From Candidatus Latescibacterota bacterium (GTDB taxonomy: Bacteria > Latescibacterota > UBA2968 > GCA-2709665), in contig OZ242180.1 in NCBI GenBank assembly GCA_965205485.1, positions 4,512,001 through 4,576,000 of the forward strand: 64,000 nt of DNA. The letters run 5' to 3'. A program made the translations under genes and the position numbers. Below are positions 58,936-64,000 of this stretch, piece after piece (positions within the stretch are counted from its first letter, which is position 1; every line of letters begins with the position of its first letter). The notes beneath the pieces were generated by a model. That model ran no database searches. It saw only the letters and a program-made list of their open reading frames with translations, and was not told the origin of the DNA.

Positions 58936-61620
58936 TCATGACATGACGGCTGCGAGATTTTCGTTCAACCTGCCCAGCGCGCTCGAATACTCCGCGTGAC
59001 GTCCCTTTTCCCTGACGATCACCTCGGGAGGCGCATTGTTCAGGAAGCCTGAGTTACTGAGTTTCCTGTCAAGTCCGCCCACCAGCCGCTCCAGCTTTTC
59101 GATCTCCTTTTGCAGACGCTGGCGCTCGACCTCCAGATCGATGAGACCCTGCAGGGGCACAAAGACCTCGACGTCCTTCAACACGGCGCTTGCAGAAGCC
59201 ACAGGCCTGACGATGTCCGCCCCGATACGAAGGTCCGCAACCCTGGCAAGCGTTTTGAGATAGTCCTTTAAACGGGTCAGGACGTCTCCGACTTCGTGCG
59301 AACTCACCTTCAGGAGGACGTCCGCGCGTCTGCCAGGCGGCACCCGCATCGTGCCTCGAATATTCCGTACCGCACCCACCACCGCCTGCAGGAGCGCCAT
59401 CTCCCGTTCCGCCGTTTCATCAAACCGGCCCGGGTCCGCCTCAGGCCACTTTGCGACAATCAGCGCCGTTCCCGAATGCGGAAGGTGCTGCCACAGCGCT
59501 TCAGAGATGAACGGCGCCATCGGATGCAGCAATCGTAGCGATCCCTCCAGTACGTGGACGAGCACGCGCCGCGTCGTCGTCATCGCTTCCGGTGCGCCTC
59601 CGTTCAGCCGGACCTTGGCAATCTCGAGATACCAGTCGCAAAACGCATTCCACACGAATTCATAGAGGGTCCTGGATGCTTCGTCAAACCGATAGGCCTC
59701 CAGAGACGCCGTCACGGCGTGTACCGTTCGGTTGTACTGGCTGAGAATCCATCGATCCGCCGCGTCGTCGCCGGGCGACGGCGGCGATGTGCCCGCGAGG
59801 TCGTATCCATCCAGGTTCATCCGAACAAACCGCGCTGCGTTCCAGACCTTGTTGCAGAAATTCCTGCAGGACTCCGTTATGGGTGAATCCTGCAAGCGGT
59901 TATCCACGACGTCGGCGTCAAAACGAATGTCCTGCGAACTGCCGCACTGGTAGAGCAGGGACAGACGCGTCGCGTCGGCTCCGTATCGTTCGATCAGTTC
60001 CCTGGGATCGATCCCGGTACCCAGCGACTTGCTCATTCGCTTGCCGTCACGCGTCTGGACGGTCGGATGCACCAGAACCGTTCCAAAAGGGATCTCATCC
60101 ACGAACTCGACGGCCGTCATGATCATCCGCGCCACCCACAGGTAGAGGATATCCCTGCCGGTTATCATCAGGTCGGTTGGATGGAACTCTTTCAGATCTT
60201 CGGCCTGCTCCGGCCATCCGAGGGTGGCGAAGGGCCAGAGGGCCGAAGAGAACCAGGTATCCAGGACGTCGGGATCCTGCACAAGGGTCCGGCCGTCGCA
60301 CGCGTCACAGACTGCGGGCGTATCCACACGAACCAGCATCTCCCCGCAGTCCTCGCAGGTCCACACCGGAATGCGGTGTCCCCACCAGATCTGACGGGAG
60401 ATGCACCAGTCCTGGATATTTTCGAGCCAATCGATGGAATACGCCCGGAATCGATCCGGCACGTACCTGATCTTCCGTTTTCTCAAGGAGGGCTGTGCCT
60501 GGCTCGCCAGGGACTTCATGGCCAGAAACCACTGGTCCATGGGCAGCGGCTCGATGGAGGTGCCGCATTTGTCGTGGTGAGGCACGATGTGCTGGTAATC
60601 CTCGATTCGCTCGAGAAGTCCGGATTCCTTCAGGGCCGAAATCACCGCTTTTCGGCAGGCGAACCGGTCCATACCCCTGAATGAACCGGCATCCCCGGTC
60701 ATCTCTCCGCCGAATCCGATGACCTGTATCTCCGGCAACCCATGTCGCAATCCGATTTCGTAGTCGTTCGGATCGTGCGCGGGGGTCACCTTGACCGCAC
60801 CGCTACCCATCTCCGGATCCGCGTAGCTGTCGCCAACGATGGGGATCGGACGATCCATCAGCGGCAGCATGACGCGTTTGCCGATTGCCCGCTGCCAGCG
60901 CCGGTCTTCCGGATGAACCGCCACACCGGTGTCGCCCAGCATCGTCTCCGGGCGCGTCGTTGCAACCACCACGTCGGGCCCGCCATGCAGGCCAGGATAC
61001 CGGATATGCCAGAGGTGTCCCTCGTTTTCCCGGTCCTCCACCTCGAGGTCCGAGATAACGGTGCCGCACCTTGGACACCAATTCACCATACGCTTGCCTC
61101 GGTAGATCCATCCCCTCTCATAAAACTTCACAAAGGCGGACAGAACCGCGCGGGCGTATCCGTTCTCCATTGTGTACCGTTCACGGCCCCAGTCATAGCT
61201 GCAACCCATTTCACGGAGCTGGTTCAGAATGGTACCTCCGTACTCCTGTTTCCAGGCCGCGATTCGCTTTAACATCTCGTCCCGGCCGACATCGTGGCGT
61301 CCCTTTCCTTCTTCCTCGAACAACTGTTGTTCCACCTTCATCTGGGTCGCAATGCCGGCGTGGTCGGTGCCGGGCAGGCAGAGCGTTCGATGCCCCTGCA
61401 TGCGCTTCCATCGCACCACTGCATCATGGATCGCATGCTGAAGCGCATGCCCCATATGAAGCTCTCCCGTGACGTTCGGCGGGGGAATCGTGACAGAAAA
61501 CGGCTTGCCCCCGTTCCGATATTCCGGCTTGAAAAAGCCTTTTTTCTCCCAGAAGGCGTACCAGGTCCTTTCGACAGTCCCCGGATCATATTGTTTTTCA
61601 AACACGGCCTGATCTCGCAT
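58936..61620 (-). CDS. valS: Valine--tRNA ligase
   Basis: PPPNVTG.LHMGH, GTDHAGIATQ, DWCISRQ.WWGHRIP, RMSKS, C-terminal coiled coil. Confidence 0.98.
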   Translation of the reverse strand: MRDQAVFEKQYDPGTVERTWYAFWEKKGFFKPEYRNGGKPFSVTIPPPNVTGELHMGHALQHAIHDAVVRWKRMQGHRTLCLPGTDHAGIATQMKVEQQLFEEEGKGRHDVGRDEMLKRIAAWKQEYGGTILNQLREMGCSYDWGRERYTMENGYARAVLSAFVKFYERGWIYRGKRMVNWCPRCGTVISDLEVEDRENEGHLWHIRYPGLHGGPDVVVATTRPETMLGDTGVAVHPEDRRWQRAIGKRVMLPLMDRPIPIVGDSYADPEMGSGAVKVTPAHDPNDYEIGLRHGLPEIQVIGFGGEMTGDAGSFRGMDRFACRKAVISALKESGLLERIEDYQHIVPHHDKCGTSIEPLPMDQWFLAMKSLASQAQPSLRKRKIRYVPDRFRAYSIDWLENIQDWCISRQIWWGHRIPVWTCEDCGEMLVRVDTPAVCDACDGRTLVQDPDVLDTWFSSALWPFATLGWPEQAEDLKEFHPTDLMITGRDILYLWVARMIMTAVEFVDEIPFGTVLVHPTVQTRDGKRMSKSLGTGIDPRELIERYGADATRLSLLYQCGSSQDIRFDADVVDNRLQDSPITESCRNFCNKVWNAARFVRMNLDGYDLAGTSPPSPGDDAADRWILSQYNRTVHAVTASLEAYRFDEASRTLYEFVWNAFCDWYLEIAKVRLNGGAPEAMTTTRRVLVHVLEGSLRLLHPMAPFISEALWQHLPHSGTALIVAKWPEADPGRFDETAEREMALLQAVVGAVRNIRGTMRVPPGRRADVLLKVSSHEVGDVLTRLKDYLKTLARVADLRIGADIVRPVASASAVLKDVEVFVPLQGLIDLEVERQRLQKEIEKLERLVGGLDRKLSNSGFLNNAPPEVIVREKGRHAEYSSALGRLNENLAAVMS

Positions 61621-61656
61621 TCGGGTAACCCGTTCCTTTACCAGATGAGGATTCAA

Positions 61657-61869
61657 GAAGCTGTTTTAAAAATTCCCAGCGGTCTTCGCACGGCTGCAAA
61701 AGCGCCGGTCGGCGTTGGTCAAACTCACCCAAGAGTGGCGAGGGGCGCGCAGCCACGATACATTGAATATGGGCGGGTTTTCCCGTCGGCGCTGCGCGCC
61801 CCTCGCGCCTCATAACCGACGCTTTTTCGCTCGCACTCGGGAACTCACCGGTAATTTTAAAACAGCTTC
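61657..61869. mobile_element. MITE family A copy 5 (long form)
   Basis: TIRs GAAGCTGTTTTAAAA / TTTTAAAACAGCTTC; perfect CAA duplication (61654-6, 61870-2). Confidence 0.85.
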
Positions 61870-61913
61870 CAAGCAGATTGTATTTTCGGATACCGCCCGT
61901 TTCCGGAAAGTTC

Positions 61914-62696
61914 TCAGCTGCCGTACGGCGCGGATGGCGATTCCGCGGCCAACAGCCGATTCAAAAAGTCCAGTGACTTGACCTGGCCCCGGTTTTCAAT
62001 GTGGCGCCACAGGAAGCCGCGCAGCACGCGTCGCGCTTCGCCGGTATCAACCCCCCGGAAACCCCCGTCGTCGATCCGGTCCGCACGCGCCGTCTGAAGG
62101 TGTTCCAGGTATCGAACGGTCGCCAGTTTAACGTCGATGCCCCCACGATCGCAACGGCGGCAGACCGTACCGCCGCGCCCCGCGTCGAAGCAGGCCGTGT
62201 CGCCGGTAATCCGCGCGCCGCACGCGACACATCCGTTAAGATGAGGACGATATCCCAGCATCGCCGCCGCCTTCAGTTGAAAATACCAGAACGGCAATTC
62301 AACCGACGCTTCCTCGACCGTTTCCATCCATCGCAGGGAGTCCAGGGTGACGCTGCACAGGAGTGAGTTCGGATCTTCTTCCGGCGTCAGACGATCCAGC
62401 AGGTCGCAAACGGCGCTTGCGTAAGCAAGACGCCGGTAAACCCGTTTCAGGCCCTCGAAGGCATACAGGATATCGCCCTCGCTCAGCGTCTGCAGGTCTC
62501 TGTTTTCCCGGCTGTAATAAACATACGTTCCCCACGTAATCGGTTCCACGCTGGCGCCGAACTTACTCCTGGGACGACGGGCGCCCCTGGCCACAACCTT
62601 CACCTTGCCGGCGTTCCGGGTATAGATGACCACCACCTTGCTGCTCTCGCTCATCCGGTACCCGCGTAGAACCAGCCCTTCGGTCTTCGAAATCAT
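61914..62696 (-). CDS. recO: DNA repair protein RecO
   Basis: EG.VLR, ESSK, GK...VARGARR..S, GY.P.L..CV.CG, GG..C..C. Confidence 0.93.
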   Translation of the reverse strand: MISKTEGLVLRGYRMSESSKVVVIYTRNAGKVKVVARGARRPRSKFGASVEPITWGTYVYYSRENRDLQTLSEGDILYAFEGLKRVYRRLAYASAVCDLLDRLTPEEDPNSLLCSVTLDSLRWMETVEEASVELPFWYFQLKAAAMLGYRPHLNGCVACGARITGDTACFDAGRGGTVCRRCDRGGIDVKLATVRYLEHLQTARADRIDDGGFRGVDTGEARRVLRGFLWRHIENRGQVKSLDFLNRLLAAESPSAPYGS

Positions 62697-63040
62697 TTCC
62701 CGGTTTCCGGCGTCGGATCCGGCGTACCCGGGTACACCATATAGACGGTTTCGTTCTCTTTGACCATGCCGTACCGCTCCCGTGCGATTTTCTCGATGAT
62801 CGCCAGGTCATTCTTCAGCATTTCGACCTCGGCCACCAACCGGAGGTTTTCCGCACTCTCGGTTTCATTCTCTCGACGCATCGCCTCGATCTGTCTGCTC
62901 CGCTCCCGAATCTGCAGATAGCCGCTGTCTCCGGCGAAAAACAGGTAGACGAACCACAGGGCCGGCAGCATCCACAGAAATCGATACATCCGCCTGCGCG
63001 GTGCATTCAGGAAATCCCGTTTAACTCGATAGAATCTCAT
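62693..63040 (-). CDS. ftsB: Septum formation initiator (FtsB/DivIC family)
   Basis: One TM helix, coiled coil, IEKIARE.YGMVK..E. Confidence 0.85.
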   Translation of the reverse strand: MRFYRVKRDFLNAPRRRMYRFLWMLPALWFVYLFFAGDSGYLQIRERSRQIEAMRRENETESAENLRLVAEVEMLKNDLAIIEKIARERYGMVKENETVYMVYPGTPDPTPETGK

Positions 63041-63120
63041 TCCGAAAACCCTGAGTTAAGACAGTGCCGCCCTGGAACACACGGCGAAGCAACGGTGTTC
63101 GGGCGGGAAACACCCCCATT

Positions 63121-64000
63121 CTAAAGCACCACAAGATCGTCCCGGTGAACCACCTCTCCTCCGGCTTCCACATCCAGAATTGAAACCACCTCGCCGGTTG
63201 ACCTGCCCAATATCCGCTGCACGTCGGCCGAACCGTACTTGACCACGCCGCGTGCGACCTCCATCCGACGCCGGTCCTCGACGGCGATCAATTCTCCGGC
63301 CTCGAAGGCGCCTTCCACTCTCAGGATGCCCGAAGGCAAGAGGCTCTTGCCGCGTTTCACGATTGCCTCCACGGCGCCGTCGTCGATGATCACGGCGCCG
63401 TTGCGACGTGAATTGGCAATCCAGACCTTTCGACCCGGCAGCGGTTCCCTCGCGGCGAGAAACAACGTGCCCGCAGGCGCGCCGGCGAGGATCCGGCTCA
63501 ATCCGATCTTGTGCCCGTTTGCGATTACCGCCAGCCTGCCTCCCCGCGTCACGCTCTGCGCCGCCTCCAGCTTTGAACGCATACCGCCCAGGCTCACGCG
63601 GCTGCCGGCTCTCCCGGCCCTTTCGAACATTTCGGGGCGTATCTCCTCAACCCGCGATATGAGGCGCGCGTCCGTGCGGCGGTCCGGATCTTCAGAAAAG
63701 AAACCGTCGACGTCGGTCAGGATAACGAGAAGGTCGGCGTCGATCAGATGCGCAACCAGCGCGGAAAGTCGGTCGTTGTCGCCAACCGAAAGCTGGAGTT
63801 CCTCGACGGCGACACTGTCGTTCTCGTTCAGCACCGGAACGGCGCCGAACCGGAACAGCGTATCCAGCGTATTCCTCGCATTGACGTATCGGCGCCGGTT
63901 GTCCAGATCGTCCGCGGTCAGAAGGACCTGCCCGACAGGGACGTCATGGGTCCTGAACGCGAGCTTGTAGGCGTTCATCAACAGACCCTGGCCGACGGCC
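63121..64000 (-). CDS. proB: Glutamate 5-kinase, 5' end outside window
   Basis: QVLLT, NEND.V, GDND.LSA, GGM.SK, PUA domain GKSLLPSG. Confidence 0.95.
   Translation of the reverse strand, partial: AVGQGLLMNAYKLAFRTHDVPVGQVLLTADDLDNRRRYVNARNTLDTLFRFGAVPVLNENDSVAVEELQLSVGDNDRLSALVAHLIDADLLVILTDVDGFFSEDPDRRTDARLISRVEEIRPEMFERAGRAGSRVSLGGMRSKLEAAQSVTRGGRLAVIANGHKIGLSRILAGAPAGTLFLAAREPLPGRKVWIANSRRNGAVIIDDGAVEAIVKRGKSLLPSGILRVEGAFEAGELIAVEDRRRMEVARGVVKYGSADVQRILGRSTGEVVSILDVEAGGEVVHRDDLVVL

Noticed and set aside
63066..63107. Stem-loop between proB and ftsB
   Set aside because: Single GC-rich hairpin with no U-tract or repeat copies; function cannot be supported
1..64000. CRISPR arrays, tRNA/rRNA genes, prophage or transposase genes
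   Set aside because: No regularly spaced direct repeats, cloverleaf or rRNA motifs, or phage/transposase proteins were seen by eye; a covariance-model scan could still find small RNAs

Overview
A 64 kb, GC-rich, gene-dense bacterial chromosome segment. The region-1.1-less RpoD-family sigma, fused SecDF, the nadC-birA-coaX cluster and many sugar-phosphate isomerase, PhyH and heparinase-like paralogs suggest an uncultured FCB-superphylum lineage such as Latescibacterota (inference only). Housekeeping genes (uvrB, nadC, birA, coaX, thrC, prmA, ssb, hup, rho, rpmE, prfA, prmC, xth, secDF, PBP1A, valS, recO, ftsB, proB) are interleaved with uncharacterised catabolic and envelope genes. I found no rRNA, tRNA, CRISPR array or transposase gene. 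Main points: (1) a self-contained candidate sigma54-to-sigma70 cascade (PAS kinase, NtrC-type activator, phased UAS, near-consensus sigma54 promoter, PTS EIIA and sigma70 gene); (2) three non-autonomous MITE-like families, one inserting at TNA triplets including stop codons; (3) a twin DUF3179 lipoprotein / beta-barrel locus; (4) an XPB-associated/WYL protein with a possible LexA-like box shared with uvrB and ssb; (5) a DksA-type zinc finger fused to a possibly split DUF6178-like pair; (6) a split MFS/spermidine-synthase-like gene whose catalytic half has a lipobox. All family assignments come from motif recognition by eye, not database searches.
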